Translations under genes and position numbers: made by a program | Shown here: piece after piece, positions 56,290-64,000 of the stretch | Numbering within the stretch: position 1 is the stretch's first letter | How the letters are laid out: each line of letters opens with the position of its first letter | Notes under the pieces: generated by a model | What the model was told of the DNA's origin: nothing | What the model saw: the letters and a program-made list of their open reading frames with translations, nothing else | Database searches by the model: none | DNA from: Candidatus Aegiribacteria sp. MLS_C | GTDB lineage: Bacteria > Fermentibacterota > Fermentibacteria > Fermentibacterales > JCC-6 | Assembly: GCA_002030045.1 (NCBI GenBank) | Contig: LQBI01000024.1 | Location: 202,848-266,847 of the forward strand | Reading direction: 5' to 3' | DNA length: 64,000 bases

Positions 56290-58035
56290 TCATTCATCCG
56301 AAAGGGTCGACAGGTCGCCGACCTCCTCGCCCCATTCGAGAGCCTTCAGGTACCTGCGGACGATCTTTCCCGAACGGGTCTTTGGAAGCCTGTCACGGTA
56401 CTCTATCTCCTGCGGCATGGCCAGCGGAGACAGTCTCTTGCGTATGAAGTTCATGATGTCCAGCTCAAGCTCATCGGAGGGTTCGTAGCCCGGCTTTAAA
56501 GTGACGAAGGCCTTGACGACCTCCATGTTCACCTCGTCGGGCTTGCCCACTGCGGCAGCTTCCGCGATGGCCTCGTGTTCTACCAGTGCCGATTCGATCT
56601 CGAAGGGACCCACCAGGTGTCCGCCGGTGTTGATCACATCATCATCCCTTCCCACGAACCAGAAGTAACCGTCGGCGTCTATGCTGGCCCTGTCCCCCGA
56701 TACGTACCAGAGGTCGCCGCCGGTCCTGAGTTCCTCGGGCATGGCGTCATCGGGGGCTCCGACGAACTTGCTCCTGTAGACATCCGGCTTCTTCCAGTAC
56801 TCCCTGAACATGGACGGCCAGCCGGGACGGAACGCTATCAGACCCACCTTGCCGGGATCCTGCAGGGGCTCATGGGTGGCCAGGTCCAGGACGGTGGCCT
56901 CAATGCCGGGGAAGGGTTTCCCCATGGAACCAGGCTTTATCTCCATGCCCGGGTAGTTGCAGATCATCATGGCACCGGTCTCGGTCTGCCAGAAGGTATC
57001 GTGGAACTTGAGCCCGAAGACCTCGCCGCTCCAGATAACCGCTTCCGGGTTGAGGGGCTCACCCACCGATGCCAGGTGCCTGAGGGAGGAGAGGTCGTAG
57101 TTCCTGACCACCTCGTCCCCGTCCTTCATGAGGGCCCTTATTGCGGTAGGAGCCGAGTACCACACCGTGACCCTGTTGTCCTGTATGAACCGGTACCACC
57201 TGCTGGTGGTGAAACCTGAATCCAGCACGCACTGGGTGATGCCCAGGGACCATGGTCCTATTATTCCGTAGCTGGTGCCGGTAACCCATCCCGGGTCTGC
57301 TGTGCACCAGTAGACGTCATCGTCGCGCAGGTCCAGGACCCAGCTGGCGGTCAGGGCCTGTCCCCAGACCGAGTTGTGTACGTGAAGGGCGCCCTTGGGC
57401 TGGCCCGTGGTCCCGGAAGTGTAGTGCAGTACGGACGGGGTTTCCGGACCGGACGGATAGACCTCGAAGGTGTCCACCCTGGGACCGGCCTCAACATCGA
57501 AGAAAACCTCGTCCTCCCTGACCCTGTCCGGATTCCCCTCCACGACCACCACGGTCTTCAGTTCGGGAAGGCGCTCCCTGACCTTGCGCACCTTCTTCAC
57601 GTGCTTTGAGGTGGTGAGTATGGCCTTCGTTCCCGCGCTGGCAAGCCTCACTTCCAGCGACTCGTCACCGAACGCGGAGAAGAGAGGCTGGGCGATGGCG
57701 CCCATCTTGAGTATTCCGAGGAATGAGAAGTACAGGCTGGGGATCTTGTCCATGAAGATGCATACCCTGTCCCCGGGCTGAATGCCCAGATCCTTCAGGA
57801 ATCTGGCGAAACCGTTGGAGTATGCCCTGAGATCCTCGAAAGTGTAAACGGACCTGCGGTCACCGAAACCTTCCCATATGAGTGCTGGTTTGTCGCCCCT
57901 GCCCATCCTGCATATCCTGTCGGAACAGATAGCCCCGATGTTAAGCAGCTCGCCTTCCTTCCAGTTCAGGATCTCCCTGGCAGTGTCCCAGCTGAAATCC
58001 TCCACCCGCTTCTCGTAGGATCCGATGTTGCTCAA
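56290..58035 (-). CDS. Acs-family AMP-forming acyl-CoA/ACP ligase (acetyl/propionyl/acetoacetyl-CoA synthetase-like). TTG start.
   Basis: YTSGTTGQPKG, WYSAPTAIRAL, DTFWQTETG, C-terminal SGKIVRR. GGAGGAG RBS before TTG. Confidence 0.8.
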   Translation of the reverse strand: MSNIGSYEKRVEDFSWDTAREILNWKEGELLNIGAICSDRICRMGRGDKPALIWEGFGDRRSVYTFEDLRAYSNGFARFLKDLGIQPGDRVCIFMDKIPSLYFSFLGILKMGAIAQPLFSAFGDESLEVRLASAGTKAILTTSKHVKKVRKVRERLPELKTVVVVEGNPDRVREDEVFFDVEAGPRVDTFEVYPSGPETPSVLHYTSGTTGQPKGALHVHNSVWGQALTASWVLDLRDDDVYWCTADPGWVTGTSYGIIGPWSLGITQCVLDSGFTTSRWYRFIQDNRVTVWYSAPTAIRALMKDGDEVVRNYDLSSLRHLASVGEPLNPEAVIWSGEVFGLKFHDTFWQTETGAMMICNYPGMEIKPGSMGKPFPGIEATVLDLATHEPLQDPGKVGLIAFRPGWPSMFREYWKKPDVYRSKFVGAPDDAMPEELRTGGDLWYVSGDRASIDADGYFWFVGRDDDVINTGGHLVGPFEIESALVEHEAIAEAAAVGKPDEVNMEVVKAFVTLKPGYEPSDELELDIMNFIRKRLSPLAMPQEIEYRDRLPKTRSGKIVRRYLKALEWGEEVGDLSTLSDE

Positions 58036-58068
58036 AGGTTCTCCTCCGTTCCCCGGCAGAGCCGGCGC

Positions 58069-58482
58069 TCAGCCGGATGCTGTTGCGATGGCTATTGCAT
58101 TATCCCTTGTATGGCTGATGGATATCTCCATTCGTCCGACTCCCATCGTGCGGGCCCTGTCCAGAACGGCCCCACTGAGTTCCACCGTTACCCGTCCGGA
58201 AACCTCTCTCAGTATCTCCACGCATTTCCAGCCCATGCCCTGGGACAAACCCGCTCCCAGGGCCTTGAAGACGGCTTCCTTGGCCGCGAACCGGGCTGCA
58301 TAGCTCTCCCAGGGCCTTGCTCTGGAGTCGCAGTACTCGATCTCCCCCGGCAGGAACAGCTCGTCGATCATAGCGGCGTCAAGCCGTTTTCTGAAAGTCT
58401 TCAGATCGACGATATCGACCCCGACACCGATGAGTCTCAAACAGGCAGTCTCCCGGGATGAACGATATAGGGTCAAATACAC
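58069..58482 (-). CDS. acpS: Holo-ACP synthase (4'-phosphopantetheinyl transferase AcpS type). Start uncertain.
   Basis: GVDIVDL...FAAKEAVFKALG...EISISHTRDNAIA. Confidence 0.7.
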   Translation of the reverse strand: MYLTLYRSSRETACLRLIGVGVDIVDLKTFRKRLDAAMIDELFLPGEIEYCDSRARPWESYAARFAAKEAVFKALGAGLSQGMGWKCVEILREVSGRVTVELSGAVLDRARTMGVGRMEISISHTRDNAIAIATASG

Positions 58483-58590
58483 GGCTTAACCTTAATACCA
58501 TGCAGGGTCCATGTCCACATCCACTCCCGGAGCATCCCCGCTGCTGACCGGTCACTTGACGGGAAGACACCGGAGGAGAATAGAATCCCC

Positions 58591-59970
58591 ATGACAAGAG
58601 ACTCATTCTCCCGTATCCGAAGGCGGATCGCGGCACCGGCCATGCTCCTGGCCGCCACGACGGTCCTCGCTGCAGCAGGCGGCAGCGTCATGACCGTTCC
58701 GCCCATGGATGATACATACATCCATCTCGTGTACGGAGAAAGCCTGATTTCCGGAGAACCCATGGTATACAGCGGAAGCGAACCATCCTCAGGCCTGACC
58801 AGCCCGCTATGGCTGCTCCCCTCGGCCCTCTCCGCTCTTGCAGGCAGGTCAGCGGGGCCCCTGATCCTCATGGGCTGTTCACTGGTCCTCTCCCTGCTGC
58901 TCCTGTACTCAATGGGAACGCTTTCCGCAATGGTGATGGTCCTTGCAGGTCCTTTCCTGTTCCATTCCGGAAGCGGTATGGAGACATCCCTTTCCTGCCT
59001 GCTTGTCTTCCTCGTCTGGAAGTGGATAGATGAAGGCAGAGGCAGAACGGGCCCCGGAGGTCTGCTGCTGGCCGCGGCATTCCTCACCAGACCCGAACTG
59101 ATCCTTCTGGTCATTCCCATGACACTCTCGATGGACCGGCGCACGCCCGGAAGCATCGCGGCCCTGGCTGCTCCCTCGATTGCAGCCGGTCTGATCTGGG
59201 CAGCATGGAACATGTGGTCCACGGGCCTTCCGCTTCCATCGACCTTCTACGCAAAGCTGTCGGTATCCTGGTTCACTTCGCTGAGGAACGGGCTTCCCGG
59301 GCTGGCCTACTCCCTCCTGATCACATCCCCCCTTCTGCTCTTTTCCACCGTCTCCGGCGTTCTCATGCTGTTCTCCAGGAGGAGGACGGACAGGAGGTCC
59401 CTGGCCCTGGGACTGACGGTGGTCCTCCTGTTCCTGGTGACCTTCGCCCTGCAACCGAACAGTTATTTCCAGATGAGATACTACCTTCCGGCACTGACGG
59501 CCTCGGTCATGTCATCATCCGTCTGGCTCTCCGGACTTGGAGGACGGAAGCGGCTCAATACCGCTCTGCTGGTGCTTTCGATGCTGCCGGGCCTGATCGT
59601 CTACGGGGAAAGGAGGACAGGGGCGTCCCGGGACGTCATGTGCATCGACGTCGCCCCTGCGAGGTACCTGGAGGAGATAGCCCTGGCGGGTGAGAAGGTG
59701 GCGGCGGCGGACATTGGAGCGGTCGGGTGGATATCCGGCCTGGAGATCGTCGACCTCGACGGACTGGTCACTCCTGAAAGGCTTCCGGGTCCTGGCCGGC
59801 AGGGCTGGGAATGGATCGGTAACAGTGCGGACTATCTTCTGGCGTTCCCCCGCCAGTACTCGGGACTCATTCAGGAGGCAGGGGACGACATAAGCTTCCT
59901 GAGGGGGTTCGGCACTCAGTCCAGCGTGATCTGCGGAGAGGACTCGGTGGCTCTCTGGCGCATAGAATAG
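58591..59970 (+). CDS. GT-C-fold glycosyltransferase-like polytopic membrane protein.
   Basis: At least 10 TM helices. DDxY-type motif MDDTYIH in the first periplasmic loop. Confidence 0.4.
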   Translation: MTRDSFSRIRRRIAAPAMLLAATTVLAAAGGSVMTVPPMDDTYIHLVYGESLISGEPMVYSGSEPSSGLTSPLWLLPSALSALAGRSAGPLILMGCSLVLSLLLLYSMGTLSAMVMVLAGPFLFHSGSGMETSLSCLLVFLVWKWIDEGRGRTGPGGLLLAAAFLTRPELILLVIPMTLSMDRRTPGSIAALAAPSIAAGLIWAAWNMWSTGLPLPSTFYAKLSVSWFTSLRNGLPGLAYSLLITSPLLLFSTVSGVLMLFSRRRTDRRSLALGLTVVLLFLVTFALQPNSYFQMRYYLPALTASVMSSSVWLSGLGGRKRLNTALLVLSMLPGLIVYGERRTGASRDVMCIDVAPARYLEEIALAGEKVAAADIGAVGWISGLEIVDLDGLVTPERLPGPGRQGWEWIGNSADYLLAFPRQYSGLIQEAGDDISFLRGFGTQSSVICGEDSVALWRIE

Positions 59971-60039
59971 CTGGACGCGGACGCTTCGTGCCGATATTGT
60001 ATAAAATTCCGCGGGTCGGCGGCATCGGAAGGCGAGGCT

Positions 60040-61248
60040 ATGACGGAGCAGGATAACAGGTCCCATAATCCCGGAATGATCCAGGACAGCATTCCCAGCG
60101 CGGCTAACAGGTTCGTCATCATCTGTGTTCTCGTTGCCGTGTTCGTGCTCCTTTCGGCCTATTTCAATCTCGACCGCAGGCAGTCGATAAGCTACGCCCA
60201 TTTCGCATACATACCGATAATATTCGCCGGCTTCTGGTGGGGCAGGAAAGCCATACTCGTGGCACTGGTTCTCGGTGCTGACGTGCTTGCCTTCAGCATA
60301 TTCAGCAGCGTGGGCGGGCCTGTCTGGGCAGACATCATAAGGGTGGTCGCGTTCCTCATAGTCGCATTCGTCATAGGTGAGCTGAGCACGGAGCTGACCA
60401 ATACCCACAGGGCGCTCCGCGAGAGGGAGGAAAGGCTCAGGAAGACCAACGCCGCCCTGAGGAAGTTCTCGAAACTGAGGAAGGCCTTCCTTCACATAGC
60501 CATACATGACATGAAATCTCCGGTGTCCGCCACCACAATGCTCCTTCACAGCCTTCAGACCCTCCTGGGCGACAGCATTAACGAACAGCAGGAGCACATC
60601 ATCGAGAGGATGCACGCAAGACTCGAGGAAGCGGTATCCTTCCTCAGGGACTTCCAGCTCTTCGCCCAGCTGGAGGATACCTCGCAGATACGCAAACAGG
60701 CCTCCGAGCTTGACCTGAACAGAGTAATAAGTGATGCGGTCTCGGCGAACATGGACCTTGCGGGCGAGAAGAAGCAGCTCATGGACACGGACCTTGACCC
60801 CGACCTGCCGATCGTCGCCGGAGTGGAGAGACTCATCCGGGAGGTGATAGGCAACCTGATCACCAACGCCATCAAGTACACTCCCGAGGGAGGCCACGTG
60901 ACGGTCAGGAGCATGACCAAGGGGAAATCGGTCGTTACCGTCGAGGTGGAGGACAACGGAATAGGCATATCCCCGAAGAACCAGAAGAAGCTCTTCAGGG
61001 AGTTCGTAAGGATAAAGGACAACGATGTCAACGGTCAGAAGGTCGGCGGTATAGGTCTCGGTCTCTCCATAGTCAAGCGGATAATTGACATGCACGGAGG
61101 AAGGGTATACGTGATAAGCGCACCCGGCAGGGGCAGCATCTTCGGTTTCGACCTCAGAGTGCTCCCCCCGGATGAGGACCCGCTAATAAGACCGGCCAGG
61201 AGAGTCTCTCCGGAGCAGGTCCCGAGGGAAGGCTACGTCCCGGAGTAA
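60040..61248 (+). CDS. Sensor histidine kinase.
   Basis: Four N-terminal TM helices. H-box AFLHIAIHDMKSP. N, G1 and G2 boxes (LITNAIKYT, GGIGLGLSIVKRIIDMHGG). Confidence 0.85.
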   Translation: MTEQDNRSHNPGMIQDSIPSAANRFVIICVLVAVFVLLSAYFNLDRRQSISYAHFAYIPIIFAGFWWGRKAILVALVLGADVLAFSIFSSVGGPVWADIIRVVAFLIVAFVIGELSTELTNTHRALREREERLRKTNAALRKFSKLRKAFLHIAIHDMKSPVSATTMLLHSLQTLLGDSINEQQEHIIERMHARLEEAVSFLRDFQLFAQLEDTSQIRKQASELDLNRVISDAVSANMDLAGEKKQLMDTDLDPDLPIVAGVERLIREVIGNLITNAIKYTPEGGHVTVRSMTKGKSVVTVEVEDNGIGISPKNQKKLFREFVRIKDNDVNGQKVGGIGLGLSIVKRIIDMHGGRVYVISAPGRGSIFGFDLRVLPPDEDPLIRPARRVSPEQVPREGYVPE

Positions 61249-61283
61249 GAGGCAGGCTGCCGGTAATACCCCCGACACAATCC

Positions 61284-62747
61284 TTACGGTCCGGACCTCT
61301 GCGTTGTCATGTCGCAGTTCTGGAAAGTCCTCTGCACTCTCCATGTCCTTCCGTCGTACACGTAGAGAGCGGGCGATGTCTTCGGCCCGACGAGCATCCT
61401 GTCACCTGTACGGACCATTCCGGGGAAAGGCTGGCACTGTACCAGGTTCCCGTCGAAGTACATCCTGTTGTAGCTCTCTATTCTCTGGGGTCTGAAACCA
61501 AAGGCTCCGATGTACAGCGTACCGCTGCCGTCCCAGCATTCCAGGGCCGCATCAACGAGGCACCTGTCCGTCGATGCGCCCTCCTGCATAGGCTTCACGG
61601 CCTCCCTTGTCCAGATGACACCTCCTGTCCCCAGAGCCGCGAACAGGATACAGGCAGCTGCCCACGAAGCGGTCCTGCCGATCCTGTCACGCATCATCAT
61701 CACGAACCCGGCCATGACGAATGCCGCGCCTATCGACGGCAGGTTGAAATACCTCGAGGGTATGTCGCAAAGCCCGGGAAAGAATCCCTGGAAACCCATG
61801 GTCCATGGAAGGAAGGGGAGAGAAACCGTTGCGATCCAGAGGAACCCCTGCAGCACCAGCCTCCTTGCGTCCCTGGACCCCAGGAACAGCGTCGACAGCC
61901 AGAGAAGAGGGTAGAGGACCATCTTCAGTACGGTGTACTCACCGGTGTCCGGGGGCATGGAAGCGACGAGGGGGTAGACCACGAAGTGCAGAAGGTTCCT
62001 GGGTATCATCCAGCTGAGACCGTACCTGGTGAAATTGGCGTCGTCCGGATAGGAAAGCTGCACCATCACGACATTCAGTACGAAGAATCCGGTCAGGATA
62101 TAGAACGGCAGGAGCCTTTTGAGCCTGCCCTCTCTTCCCCTGTCGACGGTGAAGTCCAGTACCGTCAGCAGGATCGGAAGGGACAGCGCCGACTCCTTGG
62201 AACCCATCGCCAGAAGTGCGGCAACCAGCGCTAGTATTCTGACGCGAAGGCTGGAAGCGTATTCATGTCGCGTGTAGAGGTCTGCGGTGAGGAGCACGAG
62301 GAACCCGGAGAGGAAACCGGTCGCCCCGGCGGCCACCCAGTACAGGTTGTCGGTGGCGCAGGGAGAAAGCAGGTAGAAGAGAGCGGCCGCAGCACCGACT
62401 GTCATCCTTCCCGTCAGGTTTTCCACAAGCCTCAGGACCAGCACCGCGGATCCAGCATAGAGGAGCAGGTTCGCAAGGAAATACGGCCAGGGGGTCGGAC
62501 CCGAGAAGACGGAGAGGACCCAGAAGTACAGATGGGTTACAGGTCTCGGGAACATCTGCACATAGTAACTCCGGTCGAATATATATGTAGGGGCATCGTG
62601 ATCGACCGCGACCGAAACGTAGGTGAAGTCGTCCTCGTCCCAGAAGGAATGGGAGAGTATGGAACCGTAGGACAGCAGCAGGAAAACGGCGGCGAACAGG
62701 AATCCGGCCACCTGCCGGGTAACGCCGGTTCGATCGATGAGTCTCAT
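61284..62747 (-). CDS. GT-C-fold glycosyltransferase-like polytopic membrane protein (second).
   Basis: Multi-TM. WDEDDFTY DE-motif near the N-terminus. Confidence 0.4.
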   Translation of the reverse strand: MRLIDRTGVTRQVAGFLFAAVFLLLSYGSILSHSFWDEDDFTYVSVAVDHDAPTYIFDRSYYVQMFPRPVTHLYFWVLSVFSGPTPWPYFLANLLLYAGSAVLVLRLVENLTGRMTVGAAAALFYLLSPCATDNLYWVAAGATGFLSGFLVLLTADLYTRHEYASSLRVRILALVAALLAMGSKESALSLPILLTVLDFTVDRGREGRLKRLLPFYILTGFFVLNVVMVQLSYPDDANFTRYGLSWMIPRNLLHFVVYPLVASMPPDTGEYTVLKMVLYPLLWLSTLFLGSRDARRLVLQGFLWIATVSLPFLPWTMGFQGFFPGLCDIPSRYFNLPSIGAAFVMAGFVMMMRDRIGRTASWAAACILFAALGTGGVIWTREAVKPMQEGASTDRCLVDAALECWDGSGTLYIGAFGFRPQRIESYNRMYFDGNLVQCQPFPGMVRTGDRMLVGPKTSPALYVYDGRTWRVQRTFQNCDMTTQRSGP

Positions 62748-62759
62748 TCAATCTCCTTG

Positions 62760-63809
62760 TCAGCAGATCCTCGGAAGCTGCTCCCCGCTTATCATGTCCA
62801 CGATCCTGTCCGATCCTATGAGGCTCCTCATGATGACTCCGGAGCCGGTCCGGGGTCCGACGCTGCCTATCCTGCAGGCCCCCTTCCCGTCATCGTGGTT
62901 CTTCAGGATCTCGACGGCCCTGTCAGCATGCTCCTGCGGAAGGAAGGTCACGAATCGGCCCTCGTTGGGCACGTAGAGTGGATCGAACCCCAGCAGCTCG
63001 CAGGCCCCCGCAACCTGTTCGGTGACCGGAATGGAGGCCTCGTCAATGAACACGGTCAGGCCCGCCTGATCGGCGATCTCGTTCAGTCCGCTGGCAAGTC
63101 CGCCCCTGGTCAGGTCCCTCATGCAGTGGATATCCAGGCCTTCCCGAAGGAGTCCCGACACCATGCCCGAAAGGGGAGCAAGGTCGCTGTTCACCGGTAT
63201 TTCCAGACCTATCCCTTCCCTGGCGGCCATTATGGCCATGCCGTGCCTTCCGATGTCCCCGCTGAGTATCACCGCATCCCCGTCCCTCAAGGAGGATGGA
63301 TGGATGCTGAGCCCTTCCGGCACTATCCCCACGCCAGAGGTGTTGATGAAGATTCCGTCGCCCTTTCCTCTGTCCACGACCTTCGTATCGCCGGTCACGA
63401 TCTGAACGCCCGCGCGTGCGGCAGCTTCGGCCATGGAGCGGATCACACGCCAGAGGTCCTCCATTGAGAAACCTTCCTCTATTATCAGACCTGCGGAAAG
63501 CCAGAGGGGTCTGGCCCCGCACATTGCGAGGTCGTTCACGGTGCCGTACACGGAAAGGGAACCGATGTCGCCGCCGGGAAAGAACAGGGGCGTGACCACA
63601 TGGGAATCAGTGGCGAAGGCCAGGGTGCCTCCGTCAAGCTCCATGACCGCTCCGTCGTGCCTCCGGTCCAGAAAGCTGTTGGAAAACGTACCGATGATCA
63701 TGCGGTCGATCAGCTGGTTCATGAGCCTTCCGCCGCCTCCGTGCGCCATGGTTACCTTCGGATAATCGGAGATCGGTATCGGACATGCCATATCGTTCAA
63801 TTCAGTCAT
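62760..63809 (-). CDS. hypE: Hydrogenase maturation factor HypE.
   Basis: AIR-synthase-like fold. C-terminal ...GEQLPRIC (PRIC end). GGAGG RBS before MTELND. Confidence 0.85.
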   Translation of the reverse strand: MTELNDMACPIPISDYPKVTMAHGGGGRLMNQLIDRMIIGTFSNSFLDRRHDGAVMELDGGTLAFATDSHVVTPLFFPGGDIGSLSVYGTVNDLAMCGARPLWLSAGLIIEEGFSMEDLWRVIRSMAEAAARAGVQIVTGDTKVVDRGKGDGIFINTSGVGIVPEGLSIHPSSLRDGDAVILSGDIGRHGMAIMAAREGIGLEIPVNSDLAPLSGMVSGLLREGLDIHCMRDLTRGGLASGLNEIADQAGLTVFIDEASIPVTEQVAGACELLGFDPLYVPNEGRFVTFLPQEHADRAVEILKNHDDGKGACRIGSVGPRTGSGVIMRSLIGSDRIVDMISGEQLPRIC

Positions 63810-64000
63810 CTTTCCAACCTCCAGGTCTGTACCGGTAGTAGGCTGCACAGGCCCCCTCCGAGGAGACCATCGGCGCTCCGAGCGGATGCTCCGGTGTACA
63901 CTCCGTACCGAAAGCGGGACACTGATCGGGTTTTATTACACCTCTCAGGACCTTGCCGGAAAGACACCTGCCGGATTCCTCGACCCTCATGTGGTCGACA
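63802..64000 (-). CDS. hypD: Hydrogenase maturation factor HypD. Partial: the 5' end lies beyond the window.
   Basis: C-terminal [31 protein letters not shown] matches the HypD C-terminal CxxC...CTPExP region. Confidence 0.75.
   Translation of the reverse strand, partial: VDHMRVEESGRCLSGKVLRGVIKPDQCPAFGTECTPEHPLGAPMVSSEGACAAYYRYRPGGWKDD

Noticed and set aside
1-64000. CRISPR arrays and tRNA/rRNA genes.
   Set aside because: No regularly spaced short direct repeats and no tRNA-like T-loop or acceptor patterns were seen in the intergenic regions I inspected: 2068-2443, 12098-12305, 24434-24949, 25952-26467, 29577-29799.

Overview
The window is a 64 kb, high-GC (about 60-65%) bacterial contig. 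It is probably from an uncultivated FCB-superphylum-like lineage. The evidence for that placement is T9SS-type and FlgD-Ig C-terminal sorting domains, lamin-tail-domain repeats, a PorV-like outer-membrane barrel, and heavy AGG/AGA/ATA codon use despite the high GC.

Housekeeping and accessory genes, in order: mgtE, glgB, DUF503, yjbQ, a SIMPL protein, a GNAT, an APH-like kinase, and a giant 4xLTD secreted protein. Further along are a TPP riboswitch upstream of thiC, a sulfatase-like lipoprotein, an MFS transporter, kbl, ogt and an S41 peptidase. A long same-strand (minus) gene string then runs from about 52.7 kb down to about 36 kb. It contains two roadblock/LC7 proteins, an MglA-like GTPase, a DUF4388-roadblock fusion and a DnaA-like AAA+ protein lacking the DNA-binding domain. 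It continues with a compact [NiFe] hydrogenase module (V4R protein, small and large subunits, ferredoxin-V4R fusion, maturation protease), a cNMP-binding protein and two tandem B12-radical-SAM enzymes. Separately there is a cluster of AcpS, an Acs-family ligase, a dedicated ACP, a KBL-like alpha-oxoamine synthase and the SatP acetate channel. hypE and a partial hypD lie at the right edge.

Two foreign segments stand out. The first is a low-GC island at about 15.9-24.4 kb. It carries a beta-class DNA methyltransferase with a C-terminal Mrr-like domain, a Zn-ribbon PD-(D/E)xK restriction-endonuclease candidate, an SDR oxidoreductase, an FG-GAP protein with a T9SS C-terminal domain, hicAB and a decayed IS1595 transposase. 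Its ORFs are followed by two families of attC-like imperfect palindromic repeats (about 70-80 bp, bounded by AAC...GTT), so a cassette-array or CALIN-like organisation is suspected. The second is at about 26.2-29.5 kb: an SLC13/TrkA-C permease plus a frameshifted IS256 transposase, with proteobacteria-like codon usage.

All calls are made by eye from motifs. No database search was run.
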